Positions 26,605 to 39,995 of a DNA stretch of 64,000 nucleotides are shown here, piece by piece. Location: positions 1,416,452 to 1,480,451 of the forward strand of contig NW_002060952.1 in the NCBI RefSeq assembly GCF_000150275.1, written 5' to 3'. The first letter of the stretch is position 1. Every line of letters begins with the position of its first letter. Source of the DNA: Trichoplax adhaerens. Lineage: Eukaryota > Animalia > Placozoa. A model generated the notes under the pieces. That model was given only the letters and a program-made list of their open reading frames with translations, did not search any database and had not been told where the DNA came from. Both the position numbers and the translations under genes were made by a program.

Positions 26605-27330
26605 GAAATATTCCCCGGGCAACATCGCCTACTAAAATTGATATCAATACGTGTCTTGTAGTAAGCAATTGAATGACGCATTGGAACTTGAAGCCCATTA
26701 GCGTGCCAGTAGACGAAAATTTCTACATAGTTAAAATTATCCACTTTACAATATTAGAGCAAAAATAAGTATCAAATAAAATAAGAAATATTTCCGTGAA
26801 ACATTGCGTACTGAAACTGATATGTGTATCTTGTAACAAGCAATTGAGTGCTGTAATGGAATTTAAAGCCCATTCACATGCCCATAGATGAACAATTTCC
26901 TACTTAGTTCGATATGCCATAATTAAATCCTAGCTCAGGATATTTGGTGTGGTAAACTTGAGAACGGTAGTCTTAATGATAGATGCATTTACTATAAAGT
27001 AGTGGAAAGAAAAACTTGCAATAAAGCCAGAGGTTCAATCAACAAATTATGTCTCTGACTGTAGTATCTAATTGATTACTAGAAACTTGAATAGCAATAA
27101 CTGTGAATATATGATTTTCTCTAACTGAATATACGGGCTGTATATAGAGTGCTTTGAATTTATAGAGGAAAGAAGATTTGAAATAAAGCCAGAGGCACAA
27201 TCGATAAATTTTATTTCTGACTATAATGTCTATTTGATTATAAGAAGCTTTGAATAGTAATGAATGTTTACATATGGTTTCCGCTACATGGATATACCGA
27301 CAGTATATGGAATGCTTTAAATGCTATAGG
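26605..27330. repeat. Two adjacent diverged tandem duplications (about 180 bp x2 and about 163 bp x2)
   Basis: gaaatatt..aagcaattga..aagcccatt at 26605/26785; ggaaaga..aataaagccagagg at 27004/27167. Confidence 0.72.
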
Positions 27331-28038
27331 TAGTGTTCACTTACAAAATTACAGATTAACTATTAAATAGAATATTGTAAGCAACATTTTAAAAATATCA
27401 CAAACGTCACAAGGAATATCTTATGAGGAATTAAAGCCAATTACAACTACGTTCATAATAGCAAATATAAATATCGCTTCTGAATAGAATTTAATTAACC
27501 ACCAAAGCTATGATTATGGAGTACGTAAATATCTCAGCTATAAAAGTAATTATTTGTTAGTTGGCTTTGTTGGTACCTAATAAAATACAAGATAATAAAT
27601 ACTTGGTAATTGTTCTGCTATGCTTTATAAAAAAAGTGCAAGATATAACCTATTCAGTAAATGATACATATATTTATACCATAGATGATGGAGAAATTGA
27701 TTGCAGCTATTAAAACATATTTGCTCGATTGCCAAATTTTATTGTCTATGTATGATGCAGGTAGACAATAATAATTCATGGATATTAAATCAAAAGTAAT
27801 TGCATGGGTAGTAATTACGCTTTGCAAGGTAACCTTACAGGGTAGAAATCAATCTAACGAAATAAACCGGTACTGATTTTATTAAAATAGATTCGCAGAT
27901 GCAGACAGGCCTTAAGGCAATAGGATAGGCATCTCTCAGCAGTTATAAAAGTAAAGCGGTACCATAGGCTTTCCTATAACCCTTGGATAATTTATAGATT
28001 AATCGCGGTATTATTCTTAAGAATCTTAGGCACGGACT

Positions 28039-28651
28039 TGTGATATATACCAATCACGAAACTGCAAATTTTAGAAAAATAAGGGCTTTATTGAATTCTT
28101 ATACAAAGAAACTAAGGGCTTTATTGAATCTTATAATTTAAAAATAAGGGCTTTATTGAATCTTATACAAAGATCAACTACGCAGCTCTACTTTAGCCGA
28201 ATACTACTTCTAAAGACTTCTACAATAAACTAACAGAATAATCTAAAGTTGCATGCTTTTATACTTTCCGTAGCATTCGCAGCTACAATCCGCATGGCAA
28301 CCTTTTACCTTATTTTACACATAGTTAAATTATTCTTAGTAAGACTATTCTACTGCGGACCATCATTAATCCAATATGGATACGACTACAGTACTCACGT
28401 AGACATTATTGACACCAGCCAAAATACAATGAATTAACCATATCCTAATATATGATTTACAGTTCTATTTTTACCTATAGCCATATTAGTAACTCAACAG
28501 CTTACTGTATATAGTCATCTGTACTCTAGCATAAAGTCTCTACCACTACAGTCTATAGTTATAGCTACCAAATATATCTTAAGATAAAATCTACCGTACA
28601 TTATACTAAACAAGGCTAGCAGCCTACAATCACAATACTAGTTACATTACA
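28039..28651 (+). mobile_element. Solo-LTR-like element (613 bp) with 5-bp TSD GGACT
   Basis: ggact|TGTGAT...ATTACA|ggact (TSD at 28034-28038 and 28652-28656). G-poor, A/C-rich interior; three internal copies of aagggctttattgaa(t)cttata at about 28080-28170. Strand is a guess. Confidence 0.65.
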
Positions 28652-29335
28652 GGACTAAAAGGACGTGGAAATAGTATGAGCAAATCTGCACGAAGCCTGT
28701 TTTATGATAATGATCCCAACTCATGATCGCGTTGCCTAGATACAAAAATTGGAGGAGAGGCGTAATCGAAAGTTAGACATACTAGCTTTAATATTAATAT
28801 TGATGCAATAGTTTTAAGACAACTCTGGGATAGTATTTTATATCATTGCTATGCTTTGGTTTAGGCAAGCCATTCAATCTATTTAAGAACTAAAAGCATC
28901 ATCCCCTGCTTTTTTAATTAAATAAATAAGTAAATTTTATTGGATTGACATTGCGATTTTTGGCGTTATTGGATTTGATCAAGTTACACATATAGAATAG
29001 GTAAGGATGAATGCTATTTTAACAAGGAATAGATTTGCTATTAGGATAAACTATCTAAAATCCACCATAATATACAGCAATTGCTGTATAGACATGAAAT
29101 AGCATTAAGTTTGTGATTAAAAAGGAATTAGATGAGTTTCTATCTTATAAAGTGCTATCACGGTACTATCTTAATAACGAATCCTTAATTTTTAAAAAAG
29201 AAAGTAAACAACATTTTCCGGGAACTTTGCTAAAAGGTAAACTTATTATTGTAAGTTTGACGATATTGGCACTTATAAGTTATTCTTTTCTCACATTTCA
29301 TTATAAAATATAATTTCAATAATCGAGAAACATTA

Positions 29336-30619
29336 TGTAATGAAATGAAAAGTGTAGAGATCAAGCTACAAAACTTTAACAAGCTTTGATTCTACTTTCG
29401 TTGCACTCCGGTCGACTTAACGCTAATATTTTGACACCAAATAAAATTTGGGGAAATAACCGAACAACAATTTATTTCAAAACAAAAATGGAGAGAAGTA
29501 TAAACCGAACAACCTTACAAATACTTAGCTTTAAGTATTATTAAAATAAATGACAGACTTAAAAACTGTCAACGACCAAACAACCTTTCAAAAAAGAAGA
29601 ACGTTTTAACTTACGACAATTCGACCCCGAATTCGGCCTTTTAACTACAACAAGTTCTTCAAATAAAATCTTCTTCTACTCTCCCCCTAAATTTTCTAAT
29701 TGCACTATCATTTATAGGCTTCGTAGAGCCGTCAGAGGTATATAAAACTAAACATTTGCTAACCAATCGCTCTTAAGATCCGTTTTAGAAAACTACTTTG
29801 CACCATTTAAGAAAACAAAAATCATTCAAAGTTCAGACACAATTTACCCTACGATTCCCTTACAAAACACTATAAAACTAACAAGCTAATTATAAAAATA
29901 CATCAAACTTCATTTCTAACATAATTTCTATCATTAATACACTATAAAAGTCTAAAAATCAGCCTTTAAACATCAAGATTTAGTCATAAAAACAACATTC
30001 TAACTACCTAACAATCAACACAACCTCTGCCAATTTCCATCTTATTTTCTATTTTCCTCACTAAATCTCCTAATGTGAGTTCAAATGACGTCATAAAATT
30101 CTAAAGTTTCAGATTCATAACAAAAAGTCCAAATCTCAAAAATCAACTCTTACGATATTTTTCACGAATAAAAGTCCAAAAATTTAAATAAAAAAAATTT
30201 ATAATTCAGATATAAATTAAAAGTAGTTTTCTGACATTAGTATCGCTGAGTATTGACAGTTGATGTTTTAGCGCCAGATTGTACTGTAACTGTACGATGA
30301 TAGACTACATTATTGTACTTTACCGTCATGTTATAAAATCTCCTTTCTCTAAGGATAGGGTTTTGCTACTAAGTTAAATTTAGTTACAATTTGAATAGAC
30401 GATCAAACGCCCTTTCTTTAGATTAGGCATTTGCTCCAGGGCTCCTTCTATAGTAATCTATATAATACCTTGTAAAATAATGAAGAAAAGATGGCGACAT
30501 GATGATTTGGCCGGGTAAAACTTAAAGACACTATCACTTTCTAGGTATTTTCTATAGTAAAATAGTACTAGTTACATACTAAAAGCTATAAAGGACTCTA
30601 CTTTTAGTCCTTTACTACA
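29336..30619 (+). mobile_element. Solo-LTR-like element family A, copy 1 (1284 bp), 4-bp TSD ATTA
   Basis: atta|TGTAATGAAATG...TTTACTACA|atta. Homologous over both ends to 44064-44773. TATATAAAA at about 29739, AATAAA at about 30167; sub-terminal hairpin taaaggact..agtccttta. Confidence 0.8.
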
Positions 30620-32512
30620 ATTAAAAACTCTACTATTAATCCGATGGCAATCATAATTCATGTACAGATCAATTGGAGTAGATATTTATAGCTTTCCATT
30701 TATTTACAAAATGTTATATCTAAACCCTTAGCTTCATTTTTATAACGTTGGTAGGGTTAATGCGGCAACATAGGTATATGCTACGCTGATATTAGAAAAG
30801 AACGAAGGAGATAGAATTTCGCAGGCTGTTGACTGTAGAAATGCATGTAATATTCTATCAACATTACGGCCACTTTAATTTCATCAAGTTGAGCTGGAGA
30901 CAGATAGGGCAATTTAGTGAGTCAGTTTTATGAACTTATATGTATTAAAGGAACATATCCAGTAGGTTCTTATACTTCGTTACCATATTGCTCGCAATAA
31001 GTGATACAAAGAAGCAGATATAGTCTGAGGAAAACTACGGTACTTTACAAGCTAATTTGATAATATAAAATTTGTTACTATTATTTTTATACATGGAAGA
31101 AGAAATACAATCTTAAAGCATAAGTTCAATATTACGAGTTAGTCTTAATAATTGAATTAATTTATTTTATCACTTTATTTTTGTATGACAATACAATAAC
31201 GGTAAAATATTTTACCGCGGTATAGCGATCAAACGCTCACTTTTTATTCATCTTATCATCTATCTTTTAAGTTCATCAACGCTATCAAAATACTATGATA
31301 AAATGGCTAGCTTTATTAACTCTTCCGAATAAGTCTTTAAAAGCCATGGTGATAGTAATTGGTTTAAAAAAATTAATTAATCATCTTTCTGTATTAGCAT
31401 ATATGTCTTTATGTTATTGAAACTACGTATTCTATCGAAACCATAGTTATTTAGGATCCATTGCTTTTCACTAGTACTCGTGTTTTTAATTAGTTTGTAT
31501 ATATATAAGTTTTACAAATAAAGTATATGAAATAATTGTTACTATGGTACTAAGAGTTCTTAAGACTAAAATTAGACTTAACTTTAATTTACTTTTGTTT
31601 AAATTAAAATAGCTTCCAGTAATCTTATATATTATGTATCGAATTAAAATAAAAATTTAGTATATTTTGCACCTAACATCTAATATACAGTATATCGTGA
31701 TCAGCTTCGAAGCTCTAACTGACTTAATATGCAAACCAATATAATCAGTCTATCATATTGAAGTCTTGCCAACAGCTAGAATAAGAAAGTTAATAATTTT
31801 ATTTACTTAATAATTTTAGTGTGCATTAAAGGCAGCCAAGTTAGTACGTAGAGCCCAACATTTTAATAAAGTAAAATAATTTAGGCCTACCGAAACTACA
31901 GTATTATTTAATCTTTTAAAGACTGTGAATCAGTGAGATCTTTATTAAATTGAGATATATTTAGTGGTCATTGATTTCTAGTACTGTATTTAAATTTATT
32001 GAATCTAAAGATAGACTCATCTTTTACAAACAAGACTAGAGACGCTTTCATCACCAACAGGGACTTTTGAACATTACGAATTGAAAATATTATTTTCGCT
32101 TTAATATTACAGTCATTGTAGCTATACGATTCCATATTTTACTCTTATCAATAAGCGTTATTAACAATATTCTTAAAGACCTTCATTTTGCTTTAATGTT
32201 GAGCTTATGGTAGTTCTACATGCTATACGGTTATATAATCATATTGCAAGGATTGCTACGTTAGCTCGGTAAAAATAGCTTGATACGAGTAATTTCATAT
32301 CTGCATTTATAATGTTGATAGTTGCATATAGCCTATAAATCCTATGACGGTGTTTTATAGTGGACATACGAGTAACCTGACATACTGAGGTGCAACATTT
32401 TAGCGACACACCGTTGATAATGAATATATATGTAATTTCATTTCAGGAAAAATATTTACGAGATTGACTTAAAGTAGGAATTTAAGCGTTGACCTAAAAA
32501 CTAACGTGCAAG

Positions 32513-33487
32513 ATGGATATATGGCGAGGCAGTGGAAATAAAAATACTGCCAATCATGAAGATCAAAGGCGACAGTTGCCTTCTGCTGGCGATAGCAATG
32601 CAGGCCTTCAATATACTCCCAGCACTGGAAGTAATCCAGCCAATAATGTGCCTCCAAACTTTTCATCTGCCACTTACTCCGATCCTTCGGAATCGACCCA
32701 TTACAGCAATCCAGTAGGAAATACGGCTCTATTGCAGCCATCCGCCTTTCCTTCGCAAGCATATGATACTCAATATTCGCCAGCTGTGACCAATCCTCCT
32801 ACAAATCCACCTCCTTCATACAAAGCTAATGATGCAACTCAACAGCCTCCTGCAGGTAATAAGCCGCTAACTGCTTTATATTTATACTAATAGCAAATAC
32901 AGATCCTGATCTATTGCTACTTTCAATTTTCTAGTTGGAACGAACGTTCCTCTCGGTCAAATGCCTATAGCTGTGTCGCATGTGATGCCTGTTGTACCTG
33001 TAATTAGCTTGTCTTATCCAATCATTCAGAAAATTACTACTCTAAATCAATTAGAGGCAATACATTCACAGTCGATGGATTGTCCGTTCTGCCAAAAATC
33101 TATTAGCACTGGAATTCGATATGTATCCGGCGATACAACCTATCTCATGGCGGCACTCTGCTGCTTTTTCTTGTAAGTCAAAATTAAATTTGATTTAATG
33201 TTCGTTGATAATCCATTCAGATTATGGATGCCTTACTTATAAAAGAGTGATAATTGAAGGTAATCTTTCGTTCGTATTTTACGCTGGCTAAAGTTTCAAA
33301 AATATTGGATTGTGATGAGTGAGACTAGTTTTCAATAGGCAAACAAGCATTCTAAACTGTGTTTCTTCTCTTTATTCAATACAGCGGTTTAATTGGTTTT
33401 CTTATTGCTCTATTCTGCGAAAAATATCAAGATATTGAACATTTTTGCCCAAGCTGCTTTCGCCTAATTAAAAAATATAAACGATAA
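32513..33487 (+). CDS. LITAF/SIMPLE-domain protein, paralog 2 (Pro-rich N-terminus with PPSY)
   Basis: Exons 32513-32855, 32935-33172, 33385-33487. MDCPFC..IST.IRYVSGDTTYLMAALCCFFFGLIG...QDIEHFCPSC. Confidence 0.9.
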
Positions 33488-35272
33488 CCATGTGAAAATG
33501 TCAAATCACTAGTAGGAGTGATCACTGCATTCCTCCCGTATTAATACTTATCATATACCGTTTAAGTACTGTATTGTATTACATTCATAATGTACGACAT
33601 CATGACCACATATAGACGACATGCTGTACGTATAAAGACATCATCTCAATCTCATCTAAAACCTATAAATACCCTTGTACGCTAACTCGTTAGTCAGTTC
33701 CTACGTTCCTGCTATCTCAAATACCTTATCTATAACAACCATATCATTGTTAGCCTATAACTTGTATCTCAATAAAATCCTTTATACCTTCTATCATCAT
33801 CTACCTTAATTAATGTGACAGAAAGTTACTAAAAATTGGTACTTTAAAAGTTATTAGGGTGTTTAGATTATAGATATTTATTTTATGATCATCTCATTAG
33901 TCAAGCGACGGCAATGTTTGCTATTTTTCATCTTTGTCGACTAATAAATCAAGAACCCTTCAAGCTAAAGTAGAAAAGGCAAAGTTCTTCTTCTCTTTGC
34001 TATTTTTATCACTAAATTTTATCTTCAATAAACTGCATTAAGATAATCGGATCCTACTCTATTAAATAAATATTGATTTCTAGTATCTAACTTTAGAAGC
34101 CACGGAAAATGATAAGCAGCTGTTTATTGCACACCTCCCCGTAGAGCTACTTTAAATAAGAACTAGAACGAAATGAAACAAGCGTATTAGTAACCGTGCA
34201 TCCATGGCTATATATTGCTACTGATTCATTATTCTTATCACTGTAAAAGAACAAAGAACAGAAAGTAAATTAAGTAGCCGAAGTTTATAGACTCGGCATA
34301 TAGCTTCAATATTATTCAGTGGCTGCATGTTGGCTGTACTATTGTCCTGCAAACTTTTTATTTTATCACCTTATCTTTTAATCATTAAAGTACACTAATC
34401 GAATAGTCGTTAGGCATTGCATTTTATTGGATAACAAGGTAACATCACACTCCTTCAAATTTTAATAGTATAACCTAAGTTTTGTCTTTTTTAGCTAATT
34501 ACTTTCCTCAGGAATAACGTGACGTAAATTGATATGCCAAACTTCATTACTCTATTTATGGCCCTAATGAGCCTAGGAAAAGCGCTTTTATACAACTACT
34601 ACAGCTCTTTCATTACTGGTTCTTCTCCACTCAGTAAATTTATTGCTCTTGAAAGGTGAGTCAATTCTATCGCTTTAGTTAAACTTGAAGGAAGAAGAAT
34701 ATTTTTAATGCGCTACTCAGTATGTCATTGATCCACCGGTTTATAGCTTGTACAGCATATAGCGACTGCTCCAGTCGCGAATTTGTTTGGGTATTATTTA
34801 ATTTATTTATAATGAACTTTCTTTTAATTTTTAACCTACCCTCTACTACCTAAGATATGTTTCAATTAAAATATCATCTATCCTCTTGTTTATAACTTAT
34901 ATAGCATAAAGCAACTGTTCCAGTTATGACTATGCCTGCGCGTTATTCAGTCTTGTACATTGTTTATTCCTTTCTAGTTCCATTTCTTAACTATGTAAAT
35001 ATTGTAAAATTGTTATTCATATTAATTCTTAACGATTCTTTACTATCTAAGATATCTTTCATTTAAAATTTAATGTTGGACATTCTAGGAAAAATAATAC
35101 CAGTTTCTATTTGTACCTCGTTATTATTAGTCATCGTAAATTTTTTAACATTTTTCGTAGAAAATGATCCTATGAGTTCAATATTTCTAACATCTCTAGC
35201 TAATAATTGATTCAACTCTATGCAAACTAGTTGAATTATCGATCGAATATAACAAGTTGGTATATACTTAAG

Positions 35273-37949
35273 ATGAATGCTGGTAATTGGATGAAAAGGG
35301 TCTTTCCAGTAAAGCAAAAGGATATGAAGAGTGATAAATGTGTTCAATTAATCAGAGCGGAAAATCTAGATGAAACTGCTAATGATATTGGTCAAGCTCG
35401 AGAGCAAATTATTGCAAGTACAAATCAGCAGTCAGTGGCAGTGAAAGACACTACTGAACGCTCTTTCGCTACCCTAACAGCCAACAATCCGTTCAGGTTT
35501 TCTTCATCCATTCAGGATAAAGATCGAACTGAAAATCAAACACGTTACTCTGCTGACAATTCTCAATTGTCTGCTCATAGTCAGCGAACTAATCAGCCTA
35601 CATCAGATGGTAATATAAGAATTCAGTCGGTAATTATCCAAGTTGATGGGCCTGATCATTATGATTGTAAGTTATGGATCTAAATACCATGGTAGCTTAG
35701 TATAAAAATTGCAATAGATTTCTTTCCTACTAAAGCTTTACAGCAACTGTCCTTATCCTTTTAATTTTGTCTATCATCGTTAGAAAGATACATTAAATAG
35801 GTATCAATTAGGGTACCGTGTCAGAAATCAATTTATATAGTAACAGCTGCAATTTGGCTTAATAATTATATTCGCATTATGCTCGTATGCTGGTAGGGTA
35901 TGCTACAAAAGGAGCTTGAGTGAGTGCAGCATATTAAGTATTCAGGCAAGGCAGGCTGTAGTAGATCAATTCTTGCTGGTAATAAAACTAATAGCTACAA
36001 TCTGCCCTAATAGTAATATTCTATATATGAATATCGATGTTTAAGGGTGCATCACTAGTGTAATATCGTAGATTAAGTAAATCATCCTCAATTATACTTT
36101 GTACTGGCACCTGCAAGACTTTCTAGAACTCTACAGTGCAATGTACATCGTTCTTTTGACTGATTTTATGGTGCTATTTCAACCCATTTCTCAACGTAAT
36201 ATTTCTTATAGAGAAGTTTTAGTAAATTATATGTATATGCAATTAATTGTCCTTGAAAGTATATGTAGCTCTCTGGAATTACTGCCATTAATAGTATTTT
36301 ATCTTACTGCATAGCTATTAACGGTTAAATTGCTATTGTTGGCTTTTAGTTGATATACCGTCAAGTAGCAATCCTCTGCAGTCAACTAATTCTGAATCAG
36401 CCATTGGGCAAATGTCTGTAAATATTGAAGATCCTGGTAGAACGCATCATGTTTTTAAACATGGCAATTATCCCATCTATAAGCGGATTACTAGTTCTAA
36501 CCTGGAGGAAGCTGAGAGTACTCAAACGATGGATTGTCCATTTTGCAATCAACAAATTCAAACAGTGATCCGATATGAGGCTGGTGAAGGAACTTGTACC
36601 ACAGCGGCCCTCTGTTGCTGCTTTCTGTAAGTTTCACTCTAATACTGACTTTCTTTCTTAATGTTTTAAATAGTTAACAATCACTACTACCGCCAATACA
36701 CAGGCAGATTAATGAACATCTCATCTATCTTATACTACAGAGCTTAACTCTTAACTTTAAAAAATGGGAGCTGAGCTTTATACAAATCACCTTTTCTGTA
36801 GTGCACTACTTGCTGTCTCGATAGTACCGTTAAGCTAATGACTTGTAGACATATTTATATAGCGCAGTATTACCATTTCAATTCTACAGAGTTATACGAG
36901 TAAATTTTGCACAGCTGTCGCTACAAAGCTTCCATAAAATAGGTTATCTAAGAGTGTCTTTATAATAATTAATCTATGAGGCTTATATATTTTTAGTAGA
37001 TAAATGCACAGTTGTACAATGTCATATAAACTGATCGTTAATGTTTAGGTAAATTTACTATTAAATGGACTGACTTTTTAATAAAATTTAGCTTCAGTTT
37101 TATCTAAGAGAGATTAGAGGTATTGCTGTTCTTCTTAACGATAGCTGATCGTCAGTATTGAGAGTTGTACAATAGGTAAATGTAAGGGAGAACAAACCTG
37201 ACAGTAGGCTCGCAGGGTTTTATTTTCAGCGGTAGTTTAATTTTTATACGTTACAAATTTAGATTTTTAACAAGTATCGGGCCATATATAAGGTTAGTTT
37301 ACTACAGTACGCCACTTTTCAGTATCAGTATTCTTGTTTGGTCAATGAATTCTATATAGGAAAACTGTTATTAATTAACATTATTTATTGTCCATATGGG
37401 CCTTATTATCATTTTTCTTATATTATTTTTTTGTTAAAGCACAAACTTATTGAACTGGTGAAGCATCAAATTACTATACAACTTATTGTATCTAACTGAA
37501 TGATGCTTATGCCATAACTATATATGAATTAATCTATATAATATCATACTAGACTAGAGTGCTGCATCTTAATTGGAAAGTAGCACTACGTATTAAATAT
37601 GTATAAATATATGCGTATATATGGATACATGTCCAATTCGTTATACCATGGCTACATCACTATACCTTAATTGCATAGAAATACATTGCAGTAACATTCG
37701 CTACCGTTATGTACTGTGATACCGAGTTTATGAATCAAGATAGCTGAGCTTTAGGCAAACTTACTGTACTTTCTTATTGTATAATGCATTACTTATTGAT
37801 ATGAATAGCTAAAGGATTATCTATGATTATTTTATCATTATAGAGGAATAATTGGCTTACTGATCGTGTTCTGTTGCAATAGCTTTCAAGATATTAAACA
37901 TTACTGTCCAGAATGCCAAAAATTAATTAAAGCATACGAACGTGGTTAA
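35273..37949 (+). CDS. LITAF/SIMPLE-domain protein, paralog 3
   Basis: Exons 35273(or 35291)-35666, 36350-36626, 37844-37949. MDCPFC..IQTVIRYEAGEGT..AALCCCFLGIIG...FQDIKHYCPEC. Confidence 0.87.
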
Positions 37950-38982
37950 TGTTAAATTTTAACAAAGAATTTACTGCGATCTAAAACACCTCTATTTTCC
38001 CTGTGATGATTGCATGAGATTGGTATACCAGCATTATATAGCTTTGTATTAAGTCATTTTATTCTATTCCTACATCTTTTATTTAATATAATTTACATCT
38101 CTAATGGTGTCTTGATGAATTTTAGGCTATAGTAGTTGGATCATTTTATAGCGAAAAGATAATTATTGATTATTCAAGTAGTTTATGCCTCAATTGTTTC
38201 TGAAGTAGAATGCTTTAGCGGCTAATCCTAATAGTGGCATTTGAATTCTTTTTGAACGATAATATAACTAAGTGACTAATTCATTTATTGACCTTTATTT
38301 CTATCAAATCACAAAATGTTAATACCTATAACGGCGACTGTAGGACAGCTGCCTACTATACTTCCAGCCGTAGATTATTTGATTGGTATTATAACCCATT
38401 GCACTAGTTACATTTTACTTACTCAGTTCTCGTTCATTATTTTAAAAAATTTTGCAAATTCAATCAATTGCCGCGATTAGCCTTGAACCGCAAAATAGAG
38501 AATATCGATTTCAAGTATACCAATCTACAGGGAAACCATTAAAAATGATCGATGAATATCTACTATTAGATTTAACTAGTGAGCGCTTTAGGGTTTTATC
38601 AACTGGATCGAATTGATCTGAGATAAACATTTAGGTTTTTCTAACTTATCTGATCGAAATACCATCGCAGTCAATAATTACGCAGTAAACGTATTAACTT
38701 TAATAAAATTATTTATAACTACATCTACCGAATCTTTTTCGGCCGCTACTTAATCTATGTCTTGCCCTAGATTATTTGATTTGTATTGAAGCTGCGATAG
38801 AATTACGTACACCAACATTCAATTTATCAAATTTCTCATTGTCGATGACTTTTATTAATCAGCCATTTCTTCCATCATGATCATGAAAGTCAAATAGATT
38901 ACGAGCTTAATGAACTGAAAGTAAATTAATACCTTCAGTCTGCAATCTTAACAATCTTAATAAAACTCTAGTAAAGTGATGT

Positions 38983-39995
38983 TTAAGGCAATCGTTATCA
39001 GAAAATGATTTGGCTCTGTTTCCTAAAGTAAATAATTCATTTTATCGTAATAGGTGTAATGAATATTCTTTTATCAAATTCTCGTAAAGGGATATTCAAG
39101 GTAATCATTGCCTCAGGAAGAGTCATTTTGCTCTGTTGCCTATGGTAAATAATTCATTTTGTTGTAGTAGGTGTATCAAATATTCTTAACGTTTGTGCCT
39201 TATTGAATAAAACAATTGCATCCGGAGACATTTCAACATAATGCAGAATCGAAAATAGAATGGTGAAAAATCGATTATACTTTCATCCTTTTTCTTGAAA
39301 AGTGCTTATCACCTCTATCAATAAGAAAGTGATGGAGCAGGTGAAAAAAAGCGGTTCCAGAAAGCATTAATAAAACATTAGGTCTAATTGACTTGGGTGT
39401 AAAGATAAAATTGTTACCAAATCAGAACGAATTTTGTACTCGAAACTAGCCTCGGCTTATAGGACCTATTGAATTTTAATCCAGTAAGTCGCTTCTATCG
39501 CTAACGGTAAATCATTATTGGAGGATCAATTTCGATGGATATTACATAATATTAAAATAACATTAGACTATGCATGCGAGTCGGTTTTAAAGAAATTGAT
39601 TCCAGAAAGCATTGATAGAATACTGCATGTTATTAATTTTAGTGCCGAGATAAAATTTCTGCCAAATTAGATAGAGTTTGATACTCGAGTTAGCTTCTGC
39701 TAATAGAATCTATCGAATGTTGAATCCAATAAGTCTCTACTAATATATTTTAGTCAGTTTTGAAAAAATCGGTTCCAGAAAACATTGTTCGAATATTGCA
39801 TGTGATTAATTTGGTGCCAAGATAAAATTTCTGCCAAATTAGGAAGTATATGATTCTTGAAGCTAACTTATACTGATAGATTTCGTTGGAATATTAATCC
39901 AGTAAGTCGCTTCCATTGCCAATAATAAATCGGTATTGGAAGAATAATTTAAATAATATTAGACCGTACATGCAAATTACCTTTAAAGAAATTAA
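38983..39995. repeat. Diverged tandem duplications (about 115 bp x2, then about 175-245 bp x3)
   Basis: gctctgtt.cct...gtaaataattcatttt recurs in units starting at about 38983/39097; g.ttccagaaa.catt at 39353/39598/39771. Confidence 0.72.

Noticed and set aside
28731-28743. X-box-like GTTGCCTAGATAC (and GTTGCCTATGGTAAA near 39136)
   Set aside because: Imperfect matches, not near an identified gene start.
30588-30619. Helitron interpretation of the family-A repeat because of its 3' hairpin
   Set aside because: The element ends in TACA rather than CTRR, starts with TG, and has 4-bp TSDs, which Helitrons do not make.
31200-31217. Perfect 18-bp palindrome cggtaaaatattttaccg
   Set aside because: Isolated, with an AT-rich core and no associated feature; plausible by chance.
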